Both the position numbers and the translations under genes were made by a program. Under the pieces are notes generated by a model. It searched no databases. It saw only the letters and a list, made by a program, of their open reading frames with translations, and had not been told where the DNA came from. A stretch of DNA of 64,000 nt from Anaerohalosphaeraceae bacterium (GTDB lineage: Bacteria; Planctomycetota; Phycisphaerae; Sedimentisphaerales; Anaerohalosphaeraceae), in assembly GCA_050309605.1 (NCBI GenBank), contig JBNRMN010000067.1:128001-192000 (forward strand), written 5' to 3'. This document shows positions 9,682 to 18,645 of this stretch, in pieces; positions within the stretch are counted from its first letter, which is position 1; every line of letters starts with the position of its first letter.

Positions 9682-11040
9682 TTATTCAACTGACTCCATT
9701 TCAGCGGATTGTTTAACGGCTTCAACAAATTCCGTCCATTCGTCTTCATCGACGGTCTCCTGCAATTCGGGCGATTCATCCCAAATGGTCTCGAGTGCTT
9801 CGACCATTTCCTCGGTGGTCTTTTCCGTGGTCGTGTCGTCCTCGACGACGATCGGGTCGCCGGCGGACATCATCTGCATCTGACCTTCCGGTTCATACTG
9901 GTGCAGCACCATCGGCCCAAGAACCACCCGTTCCTCGTCCAGATGGGTGTACAGGCTCAGGGTGACGGTCCCCGGCATCATGGGCGTATAGACAAAGGAG
10001 GCAATCGGTCCGTCTTCGATCGGTCCGCTGAAGCTGGCGGCCAGGAACTGAATGCCTTCCTGCTGGATCTCGCCCGGCCCCCAGTAGTCAAAGAACGTGG
10101 AATGCGGCCAGGCCAGCAGCTCGGCGGTTCCGTCGCCCGGCGGGTCGTTGGGGTCATACGGCGTGTTGTCGATCCAGCCGAGATTCGGATCGGAAATCAG
10201 CACCTCAAGCCAGAATATCGCGACGTCGTTATCAATCGTTGTTTTGTCCAGATACAGCCGAACACTTTGACCGACGGGGATGGAGATTTCATCACGCCCG
10301 TTCGGGTCTGTAATGGAATAAAACAGCGTCGGCTCCGGCGCCGGCCCCGGCGTCACCTCAGGCGGCCATGTGGGCGTTCCCCACAGCCAGAAATCCGCAA
10401 ACATCAGTACATCCGACAGCCCCACTACGCCGTCGCGATCCAGATCAGCGCCGCCGCAGGTGTTCGGGTCGGCGCACTCGGTGAGCCAATACGATGAAAA
10501 AATCGCAAAATCCGCATAATTGACCACGCCGTCGTCGTTCAAATCCCGCGAGGCCGTATTGTCCAGTACGACCGTCTTATTGGGATCCGGCACCGTAAAC
10601 GACGAACTGTGATTGTAATAATGTATCAGGCACTCTCCCTCGTCCAGCGGTGTGTAATCCAGCACGAACCAATCGCCGGGCGTGCGGCTTAACTCATCGG
10701 TGTACAGATCAAAACCGCTCATCCACGAATCCCGCCAGTGCAGGAGAAAGGCCCGCCGGCCGGCTGCTTCCAGACCGCTGGCCTGTCCGGCCGGCGCATT
10801 GGGGTCGTCGCTGCGCCAACTGAGCATACCCGCAGGGCGATGTTCATTATGAATGAACAGGCCGCCGCTCCAGAGGTCGTTGGCGTCCGAATGCACCAGC
10901 AGGCTGACCTGTGAGCCGAGCATCACCTCGTGATGCCACAGCGGGCGCAGATGAACCGGATCGCAGACCGTTACGTTGACCGCTGCCCGGACCGACAGTA
11001 CGCCGACCAGGAGGATGCAAAACACGAACAGGTTTTTCAT
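9682..11040 (-). CDS. secreted protein with dockerin-like paired Ca-binding repeats and an acidic C-terminal helix
   Basis: Signal peptide; DLNDDGVVNYADFAIFSSYWL and DLDRDGVVGLSDVLMFADFWL; GAGGAG RBS. Confidence 0.8.
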   Translation of the reverse strand: MKNLFVFCILLVGVLSVRAAVNVTVCDPVHLRPLWHHEVMLGSQVSLLVHSDANDLWSGGLFIHNEHRPAGMLSWRSDDPNAPAGQASGLEAAGRRAFLLHWRDSWMSGFDLYTDELSRTPGDWFVLDYTPLDEGECLIHYYNHSSSFTVPDPNKTVVLDNTASRDLNDDGVVNYADFAIFSSYWLTECADPNTCGGADLDRDGVVGLSDVLMFADFWLWGTPTWPPEVTPGPAPEPTLFYSITDPNGRDEISIPVGQSVRLYLDKTTIDNDVAIFWLEVLISDPNLGWIDNTPYDPNDPPGDGTAELLAWPHSTFFDYWGPGEIQQEGIQFLAASFSGPIEDGPIASFVYTPMMPGTVTLSLYTHLDEERVVLGPMVLHQYEPEGQMQMMSAGDPIVVEDDTTTEKTTEEMVEALETIWDESPELQETVDEDEWTEFVEAVKQSAEMESVE

Positions 11041-11076
11041 AAAATTCAATCTCCTCACAAAAATAAATGATGTGTA

Positions 11077-11094
11077 CATCGATGGGGACGCCGC
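11077..11094 (-). promoter_or_regulatory. copy 2 of GCGGCGTCnnCATCnATG motif
   Basis: GCGGCGTCCCCATCGATG on the minus strand, preceded by AACATAGCGTTTTCGA (compare AACTTCGCGTTTTCG before copy 1); 36 nt before the dockerin-gene ATG. Confidence 0.6.
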
Positions 11095-11220
11095 TCGAAA
11101 ACGCTATGTTGGTGGTGTTTTGAGATTTTTTTGGAAAAAGTCCGAAAAAAAGGAAATTTTTGAAAATTTACCACATTTTTCACATTTTTTTCAAACTCAT
11201 CACACATATTACATCGCTGA

Positions 11221-11238
11221 GCGGCGTCAACATCAATG
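11221..11238 (+). promoter_or_regulatory. copy 3 of GCGGCGTCnnCATCnATG motif
   Basis: GCGGCGTCAACATCAATG; T7 tract 29 nt upstream (28 nt for copy 1). Confidence 0.55.
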
Positions 11239-11389
11239 AGAACGAATACACAGAGCGAACACAGCGGCAGGACGAGCGGTCGTGAGCCGACGGCGATGAA
11301 TTGAAAAATTCGGTGTGAAGTGTGGTTTGTGGACCGGGGCGATCAGGGAGGGATAGCAGACGCGGCAGAAGAGTTTGACGGTGAGGGGA

Positions 11390-11433
11390 AAAATTAAAAG
11401 GCGTTGTCATGGAAAACAACGCCTTAAGTTTTT
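11390..11433. terminator. intrinsic terminator, probably bidirectional
   Basis: AAGGCGTTGT/ACAACGCCTT stem with A/T tracts on both sides, just after the ETF-QO stop. Confidence 0.65.
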
Positions 11434-11451
11434 AAGGGCATTTTAGGGCGG

Positions 11452-13113
11452 TTACATCGTTTTATAGCGGGGCCCGCCCGTCGGTTCCGGTACCGTCCAG
11501 CGGATATTGTCATACGGACATTTCCGCTGACAGGTCTTGCAGTGCAGACAGTTGGACGGGTTGGCGGGTTTGAGCTGCTCATGGATGATCTCATAAACTC
11601 CCGCCGGACAGAAGGTTACGCACGGTGCATTGAATTTGGGGATGCATTGTTCCACACAAATTGCCGGATCGCTGATCAGCAGATGGCAGGGCTGTTCCTC
11701 GCGGTGCACGGTGGCCGCCATGGCGGTAAAGGTATCCTTATCAAATCGGACCGGCGGTTTCAGGCGATACCGGTCTGTGGTCAGGGTCTGATAATCGGGC
11801 TCGATGTGGAATTTCGGCAGCCAGCTGCCCAAAACCGATAACGGCATACCCTGAAGCGGGCCGAACCGAGCGACGGTCTGGCGGAAGTTTTTGGCGGTTT
11901 CCAGCTCTTTCAGGACGCCGGTTTCATCCAGGAGGCGGGTGTAGCATTGCGCCACCGCCATGGGGGTCTCGAGGTTGTCGGACGCGGCGGTGCCGGCGGC
12001 GATGCCCGACTCAATGGCATTGTGCAGGCCTTTGATTTTGAGCATATTGACAAACCCGGCGCTGTCGCCGATGAGCACGACGTTGCCCCGTCCAATGGCT
12101 TCGGTCTGCGGACAGCGCGGCACGGCATACAGACCGCCTTCGGGGATCATCTTGGCCCCGGCCTCGGTGATCTGGCCGCCGTCGATGAACGGCTTGACCC
12201 AGGCGTGTTGTTTGAACAGCGTCAGGGCATCCTGGGGGTTGAAGTCGCAGTATTTGTAATCCAGCCCGACGATCATCCCCACTGCAATGTGGTTGTCGCC
12301 CATCGGGTACATAATCCCGCCGCCGAACATCGATGGACCGACCAGCGGTCGCCAGAGCGGCCAGCCCATCGCGTGCACCACGCGCCCTTCAGTGAATTTT
12401 TGATATTGTTCGTCGCTCACACGAATCAGTTCCTTCACCCCCAGTGAATAAAGCTGATTGCCCTGACGAACCAAGCCGGCTTTGTGGATGAACGATTCGC
12501 TGAGCAGGCCGTCGCAGCCCTCGGCCAGAATCACCACATCGGCGGTAACGGTTTCCCCGGCCAGATAGTTGCGTTCTTTGTGCCCGTGCGGATTCATCCC
12601 CTGATCGACGAGTTTGACGCCGGTTGCGCGGTGTGCGACACCATCCCAGAGAATCTCTTCGGCGGCAAAACCGTGCATCACTTCCACGCCAACCGCCCCG
12701 GCGATACCGGACAGCCACGCGGTCAGCTTGCTGATCGAGCAGATATAGTCGCCTTCGTGCATCATCTGCCCGAAGGCCAGCTTCAGCCCGCGGGCCATTT
12801 TCAGCATCGGCAGCATAGAAAACGCCCGCTGTTGTCCGCAGAAGAATAGAATGTCGTCTTTTTCGACCGTGGCCGAGAGCACGGCTTTGGCTGCGTCGCT
12901 GTCGCGCCACTGCGGATCGACCGGGTCAAGCAGCTTGCCCAGGGCCTTGGCCTCCAGTACCGCCCCGGACAGATTATGATTGCCGGGCGCGGCGGCTTTG
13001 TCGATGACACAGACATCCGCCTTGGGGTTAAGCCGTTTGGCGGTGATTCCGGCTGCCAGACCTGCCGGTCCGCCGCCGACGATTAAAACCGATACATGTG
13101 TGTAGTCCTGCAT
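11452..13113 (-). CDS. electron transfer flavoprotein:quinone oxidoreductase (FixC-like FAD domain plus C-terminal 4Fe-4S ferredoxin)
   Basis: VLIVGGGPAGL, GHNLSGA-like motif, GAKMIPEGG, IGDSAGFVN..IKGLH, CPAGVYE..NCLHCKTC. Confidence 0.9.
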   Translation of the reverse strand: MQDYTHVSVLIVGGGPAGLAAGITAKRLNPKADVCVIDKAAAPGNHNLSGAVLEAKALGKLLDPVDPQWRDSDAAKAVLSATVEKDDILFFCGQQRAFSMLPMLKMARGLKLAFGQMMHEGDYICSISKLTAWLSGIAGAVGVEVMHGFAAEEILWDGVAHRATGVKLVDQGMNPHGHKERNYLAGETVTADVVILAEGCDGLLSESFIHKAGLVRQGNQLYSLGVKELIRVSDEQYQKFTEGRVVHAMGWPLWRPLVGPSMFGGGIMYPMGDNHIAVGMIVGLDYKYCDFNPQDALTLFKQHAWVKPFIDGGQITEAGAKMIPEGGLYAVPRCPQTEAIGRGNVVLIGDSAGFVNMLKIKGLHNAIESGIAAGTAASDNLETPMAVAQCYTRLLDETGVLKELETAKNFRQTVARFGPLQGMPLSVLGSWLPKFHIEPDYQTLTTDRYRLKPPVRFDKDTFTAMAATVHREEQPCHLLISDPAICVEQCIPKFNAPCVTFCPAGVYEIIHEQLKPANPSNCLHCKTCQRKCPYDNIRWTVPEPTGGPRYKTM

Positions 13114-13167
13114 CGAATATCCTTATCTTCGTGTATTTCTGTCGTCCTGCGTTCTTGTATGATTTTC

Positions 13168-15258
13168 CTACGCTTTCAGTGCCGCGGCCAGCTCCGGCAC
13201 CACTGTTTCGGCGTTGCCGACGATGTAATAGTCGCATTGCTTGAAAATCGGCGCGTGCGGGTCGGTGTTGACAGCGACAATGGTCTCGGTGTTGGCGACT
13301 CCGATCATATGCTGGATTGCGCCGGAAATACCGATGGCAACATACAGTTTCGGGCCGACGGCAGTGCCGGTCTGGCCGACTTGGCGAATCCGCTCGGCAA
13401 AGCCCTGCTCTACGGCGGTGCGCGTTGCGCCTTTTTCGACCGACACATCAAATCGCCCGCGGATCGCCTCACACAGCGAATCCAGCAGCCGGTCGTAGCT
13501 GTCGCGGTTCTGCATGCCCTTGCCGCCGCTGACAATGACCTCGCTGTCAAACTGGACGCTGCCGTGTCCGCGCTCGGTCTGCAGGACATTCAGACTCAGA
13601 TCGTCCTGGGTGATCTCGACCTGGCAGGCGATGATCTGCCCTTTGCGGCCGGGATCCGGCGGCAGGCGCTTCATCACGCCCGGTCGGGCTGTAGCCATCT
13701 GACAGGTGGAGTCTTTGGTGCAGATAGTCGCCATCACATTGCCGCCCAGCGCCGGACGGGTCTGCATCAGCACGGCGATTTGTCCCTTGCGGCTGCTGTC
13801 GCGGATGTCCAGCCCCGTACAGTCAGCCGTCAGCCCGCAGCCGACGCGATAGGACACCATCGGCGCCAGCACGCGGCCCTGGGGCGTGGCGCCGTAAAGG
13901 AATATTTGCGGACTATATTTCTCGAATGCCGCGGAAACGGCCTTGCGATAGCTGAACGGGTCAAACTGCTCCAGCAGGGGATGCTCGATGAGATAAACGG
14001 CATCAGCGCCGGCGGCGATCAGGTCATCGGCCAGCGGTTTGACTTTGTTGCCGACCAGTACCACGCCGACCTTGACCTCCAGCGAATCGGCCAATTGACG
14101 TGCTTTGCCGGTCAACTCAAACGTCGCGGCGTTGATTTGACCGTCCTGATGCTCGGCCATCACCCACACATCGCCGCTGTAGCTCGGCTCGGTATGGCGA
14201 TAGCCTTCGATCATGTCGTCGAAGGCTTTTTTGTGGAATGAGATTTCATCACAAGCCAGTATTTTTTCTTTGATTTCGTCGGTGATTTGTTCCGGCTGGG
14301 TAATGTTGAGTTTTGTGAGCTGCTCAGCCAGTGCTCGGTAATCTTCGATTTCCTTTTCCGTGCCTTCATACGACCGGTCAAAGACCGATCTGCGTTTGGA
14401 CGGCAGCACATAGGCCGGCTGCTGTGCGGTCTGTTGAATGTCCTGTTCGTCCGATGCGGACAGGTGTTTGCTTATGCACTGAGCCAGTTGAGCGACCGAG
14501 TCAACCTGTTGACATTTACGGGTGGTTTTACCCGGCGGAAAGACGCGGATGACGCGGGTTTTGGAGCCGGCCACACCCATGGCGGTGGCGTTGACTTCGG
14601 CGGCACCCCATTGGGTCGATGGATGGCGATTGGCTCGCCGGGTCGCGGCAAATGAGGCGAACAGCGGATATTCGTATTTGGCCACGGTGATAATTGCCGG
14701 TGTATGCAGCGGCTCGACGATCTGACTGCCGCCGGAAATGATGCGGGTAAATCGGAAATGACCGTTTTCGTATTCCGCTTCAGTGGCATAGGGCACGCAG
14801 GGGATGCCCAGCTCCTCGGCGATCTGGGCGGGAACCTGTGCCGTGTCGCCGTCCACCGACTGCATTCCGGCCACGACATAATAATCCGTTGTCCCATGGA
14901 GCATCTCGGCGGTGATTTTGCGAATGGCATAGGCCAGGGGGTTGGCCGTGGCCCAGGTATCCGCACCGCCCAAGGCCCGGTCGGTCAGCAGCACGGCGTC
15001 ATCGGCGTGGCGACTCAGCCCGTAGTGCAGCACCTCGGCGGCCATCGGCGGACCCATCGTCAGGCAAATCAGTTTGCTGTCGGGATTGCCCGACAGTGTC
15101 TTCATCCACCATGCGTACGCCAGTGCCTGGGCGTCCAGTTCATTGATGACGCTCGGAAGACGGGTGCGGATCAGATTGCCGGTGTTGGGGTCGAACGCGT
15201 TGTCGGTAATCTGCGAGACATCCGGTACTTGTTTGACCAGTACTATATAATGGCTCAT
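13168..15258 (-). CDS. fused electron transfer flavoprotein beta+alpha subunits
   Basis: N-half EtfB (VKQVPD, TMGPP, GADTWAT, DGDTAQV); C-half EtfA (GLTADCT, QVGQTG, GISGAIQH, VNTDPHAPIF). Confidence 0.9.
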   Translation of the reverse strand: MSHYIVLVKQVPDVSQITDNAFDPNTGNLIRTRLPSVINELDAQALAYAWWMKTLSGNPDSKLICLTMGPPMAAEVLHYGLSRHADDAVLLTDRALGGADTWATANPLAYAIRKITAEMLHGTTDYYVVAGMQSVDGDTAQVPAQIAEELGIPCVPYATEAEYENGHFRFTRIISGGSQIVEPLHTPAIITVAKYEYPLFASFAATRRANRHPSTQWGAAEVNATAMGVAGSKTRVIRVFPPGKTTRKCQQVDSVAQLAQCISKHLSASDEQDIQQTAQQPAYVLPSKRRSVFDRSYEGTEKEIEDYRALAEQLTKLNITQPEQITDEIKEKILACDEISFHKKAFDDMIEGYRHTEPSYSGDVWVMAEHQDGQINAATFELTGKARQLADSLEVKVGVVLVGNKVKPLADDLIAAGADAVYLIEHPLLEQFDPFSYRKAVSAAFEKYSPQIFLYGATPQGRVLAPMVSYRVGCGLTADCTGLDIRDSSRKGQIAVLMQTRPALGGNVMATICTKDSTCQMATARPGVMKRLPPDPGRKGQIIACQVEITQDDLSLNVLQTERGHGSVQFDSEVIVSGGKGMQNRDSYDRLLDSLCEAIRGRFDVSVEKGATRTAVEQGFAERIRQVGQTGTAVGPKLYVAIGISGAIQHMIGVANTETIVAVNTDPHAPIFKQCDYYIVGNAETVVPELAAALKA

Positions 15259-15617
15259 GGCGGTTCCTGAACTCCTGTAACATAGTTGCGTTTTGTTCCA
15301 ACCCGTTCTGCGACACGAATCATAGCGAATCCGGCGGGGTTGTCTATCGAAATCCACCAGTGGTAAATTTTTAACACACCCGTTCAACTCGCGCAGGGTT
15401 GTTTTTCAGCCGCCTGCCTATTCAAACGGCAGAGGGGCTGAATACGAACAACCGGCATTATACGCTCTTAATCCTGCGGAAAGTGTTTTATTTGTGCCTC
15501 TTTTTAGACCAATTCTGTCAAAATGTCCGTCGGGGGTTGATTTTTTTGGAGTCAATGAGTACAAAAGGTGCGGAAATAATACGTTAACCCAATTTTGAAC
15601 AGACAATGAGGTGAAAC

Positions 15618-16244
15618 ATGGCAGACCTGAAGGTGTTGTGTGATGCAATTATCAAAGGCGATCAAAAGACCGCCGTGGATGTGACCAAAGCGGCGCTGAG
15701 CGAGGGCATGGAACCGTCGGAGATTCTCAACGACGGACTGATTGCGGGGATGAACGTGGTCGGCGTGCGATTCAAGGCCAATGAGGTCTATATCCCCGAG
15801 GTGTTGATTGCCGCCCGCGCGATGAAAATGGCGATGGAGATACTGGAGCCGAAATTGATTGAAGCGGGTGTCAAGCCGCTGGGCAAGGCGATGATCGGCA
15901 CCGTTCAGGGCGATCTGCATGATATCGGCAAAAATCTGGTGGCGATGATGCTCAAGGGCGCCGGCTTTGAGGTGGTCGATTTGGGTGTGGATGTTTCGCC
16001 GGATAAGTTTGTTGCGATGGCCAAAGAAAACAGCCCCCAGATCGTGGGGCTTAGCGCGTTGCTGACCACGACGATGCCTGCGATGGAAAAGACGATTGTT
16101 GCGCTGAAAGAGTCCGGCGTTCCGGTCAAAACGATGATCGGCGGCGCCCCCGTGACCCAGGCCTATGCCGATAAAATCGGCGCCCACGGCTATGCCCCCG
16201 ACGCCGCCAGCGCAGTCGATCTGGCCAAAACGCTGCTGAATTAA
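15618..16244 (+). CDS. corrinoid (cobalamin-binding) methyltransferase protein
   Basis: B12 cap domain plus GDLHDIGKNLV, SALLTTTM and GGAP motifs. Confidence 0.92.
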   Translation: MADLKVLCDAIIKGDQKTAVDVTKAALSEGMEPSEILNDGLIAGMNVVGVRFKANEVYIPEVLIAARAMKMAMEILEPKLIEAGVKPLGKAMIGTVQGDLHDIGKNLVAMMLKGAGFEVVDLGVDVSPDKFVAMAKENSPQIVGLSALLTTTMPAMEKTIVALKESGVPVKTMIGGAPVTQAYADKIGAHGYAPDAASAVDLAKTLLN

Positions 16245-16319
16245 AGCGTGCTTTTGAACGCATTGCACGCTGCGCGCATACAGTTACAACGTAGGGCATA
16301 TGTCATCAACGAATCGTTC

Positions 16320-16348
16320 GCAGATGCCCGCATTCAGCGGGCATCTGC
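16320..16348. terminator. GC-rich hairpin between convergent genes
   Basis: GCAGATGCCCGC/GCGGGCATCTGC perfect 12-bp stem. Confidence 0.55.
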
Positions 16349-16370
16349 GTTGATGCAAAGAGCACGGCGG

Positions 16371-17177
16371 CTACGTGGTGTGCATATGCACATCGCGCTG
16401 CGGGTATGGGATTGAAATGCCGTGGTCGTCAAAGGTCAGTTTGATTCGTTCGGTCAGGTCGAATTTCAATCCCCAATAATCCGATGTTTTCACCCAGGGA
16501 CGCACGACAAAGTCAACGCTGCTGTCCGCCAGTTCCGACACCGCGATTGTCGGCGCAGGCTCTTGAAGGATGCGGGCATCGTCGGCTATGATCTCTTGAA
16601 GAATCTGTTTGGCTTTTCTCAGGTCGGATTCATAAGAAACGCTTGCGACCAGATCAAGCCGCCGCGTGCCGGTGGCGGTATAGTTGGTGATGCTGCCGGC
16701 GGTTATCTGCCCGTTCGGCACGATAATAAGCAGATTATCGGGCGAGGTGAGGATGGTGTTGAAGATCTGTATTTCTTTCACTGTTCCGGCTTTGCCTGCC
16801 GCTTCGATATAGTCGCCCACCTTGAATGGTTTGAACATAATCAGCATCACACCCGCCGCGAAATTGGCAAGCGAGCCTTGCAGTGCAAAGCCGATGGCCA
16901 GCCCCGCCGCTCCAATGACGACGGCCAACGAGGTGGTGTCAAACCCCAGCGCATTCAGAGCCGCGATAATCACATAGGTCAGCAACCCGATATAGCACAG
17001 TTTCTCTATAAAGAGGCCAAGCGTTTTTTCAACTTTGGCTCGCGTGAGCAATCGACCGACGATTTTCGTGACTAATTTGGCGACCCACCGTCCGACAACG
17101 ACGATAAGAATCGCGGCCACGATTTGCAGTCCGTACGTTGCAAGGTACTCATAAATCTTGTCCAGTACATTTTCCAT
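16371..17177 (-). CDS. mscS: small-conductance mechanosensitive channel
   Basis: Three TM helices; GLAIGFALQGSLANFAAG, KPFKVGD, IPYPQRDVH. Confidence 0.93.
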   Translation of the reverse strand: MENVLDKIYEYLATYGLQIVAAILIVVVGRWVAKLVTKIVGRLLTRAKVEKTLGLFIEKLCYIGLLTYVIIAALNALGFDTTSLAVVIGAAGLAIGFALQGSLANFAAGVMLIMFKPFKVGDYIEAAGKAGTVKEIQIFNTILTSPDNLLIIVPNGQITAGSITNYTATGTRRLDLVASVSYESDLRKAKQILQEIIADDARILQEPAPTIAVSELADSSVDFVVRPWVKTSDYWGLKFDLTERIKLTFDDHGISIPYPQRDVHMHTT

Positions 17178-17351
17178 TGTGCCTTCCTTTCAGGTTTAAG
17201 AAGTGGGCTATGCGAACTGATTTGTTGGGGGATATTCTCCGCATCCGGCAGCGGCCCACACCCAGAGGTCTTGGGCCTGTATTATGGTATCTTCGTTTCT
17301 CCTCTTAAGGTCAGACGGTCAATGACAGTCCATCTCTGTTGATAACGGAAT

Positions 17352-17379
17352 ATTATAATCTTGCGGCAAAGAAAGTCAA
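17352..17379 (-). promoter_or_regulatory. sigma70 promoter for mscS
   Basis: TTGACT-16 nt-TATAAT on the minus strand. Confidence 0.55.
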
Positions 17380-17549
17380 TATGACACTTTTCGCTTCAAT
17401 TTTTTCCTGAAACGCGATATAGTGGGGGTAGGGAGAGCGTTTTGTTTATTATCTAAGGTGCTCTGAGAAAACAGCTTATAGCATGAGGGACCCAGCGAGT
17501 TAGAGCAGGCTCCTCGACATGGTCATAACCGGCAAAGAATGAGAAAAAG

Positions 17550-18584
17550 GTGTCTGGAATGAGAAAATGGACAATTGGTGTTATCGGGGCCGGGTCGATT
17601 GCACGGGTGCATGCTCAGGTCGCCGCGCAGTTGCCCAATGCGATGTTTGCCGGCTGCTGCGACGGCGGCTCGGGCCGGGCCAAGGGGATCTGTGCTGAAT
17701 TCGGCGGGCGGGCGTATGCCGATTACGATGCGATGATGGCCGATGAGTCGATTGACGTGGTGATGATTGCTACGCCCAGCGGACGGCATATGGAACCGGC
17801 GGTCGCGGCCGCCAAAGCGGGCAAGCACGTCCTGTGCGAAAAGCCGCTGGAGATTACGCCGGAACGCATTGATGCGATGATCGCCGCCCACGACAAGGCC
17901 GGCACGTATCTGGGCGGCATCTTTCAGAATCGTTTTACCGACGGCGTGCGTCATCTGCGCGAGGCGATTGCGCAGGGGCGGTTCGGACGGATTTCCTATG
18001 CCGGTGTGTATGTCCCCTGGTGGCGGCCGCAACGCTATTACGACGGCACGTGGCGCGGCACGTGGGCGCTGGACGGCGGCGGGGCGCTGATGAATCAGGC
18101 CATCCACATGGTCGATATGCTGTGCGACTTAATGGGGCCGGTCGTCGAGGTCAAGGCCGTGGCCGATACGCTGGGGCATACCATCGAGGCCGAGGATACC
18201 GCCGCGGCGGTGGTGCGGTTTGAAAACGACGCGGTCGGTCTGATTTACGGCACGACCGCCTCCTGGCCCGGCCGGCCCAGACGCTTTGAGATCACCGGCA
18301 CGCAGGGCACGGCGATCTATACCGATGATCGGCTGACCGTCTGGGAGTTTGCCGAGCCGCAGCCGGACGATGAGGCGATTCTCAAAGGGATGCAGGCGAG
18401 CAATCGCACCGGCGGCGCGGCCGACCCCAAAGACATCAGCTCGGACTATCATCGCCGTAATCTGGCCGCATTTCTGGAGGCCATCGAACAGAACAAGCCG
18501 TTTGAGCTGGACGGTCGCGAAGCTCGAAAATCCGTCGAGCTGATTTTGAAGATCTATGCCGACGCCCATATCGGCAAAGTCTGA
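17550..18584 (+). CDS. Gfo/Idh/MocA family oxidoreductase
   Basis: GVIGAGSIA, HVLCEKP, GGGALMNQAIH; start may be ATG 17559. Confidence 0.9.
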   Translation: MSGMRKWTIGVIGAGSIARVHAQVAAQLPNAMFAGCCDGGSGRAKGICAEFGGRAYADYDAMMADESIDVVMIATPSGRHMEPAVAAAKAGKHVLCEKPLEITPERIDAMIAAHDKAGTYLGGIFQNRFTDGVRHLREAIAQGRFGRISYAGVYVPWWRPQRYYDGTWRGTWALDGGGALMNQAIHMVDMLCDLMGPVVEVKAVADTLGHTIEAEDTAAAVVRFENDAVGLIYGTTASWPGRPRRFEITGTQGTAIYTDDRLTVWEFAEPQPDDEAILKGMQASNRTGGAADPKDISSDYHRRNLAAFLEAIEQNKPFELDGREARKSVELILKIYADAHIGKV

Positions 18585-18645
18585 TTACCCGCTTGATTTG
18601 TCTTTAAGTGCACATACAAACGACAATGCCAATACAGGATGCCAA

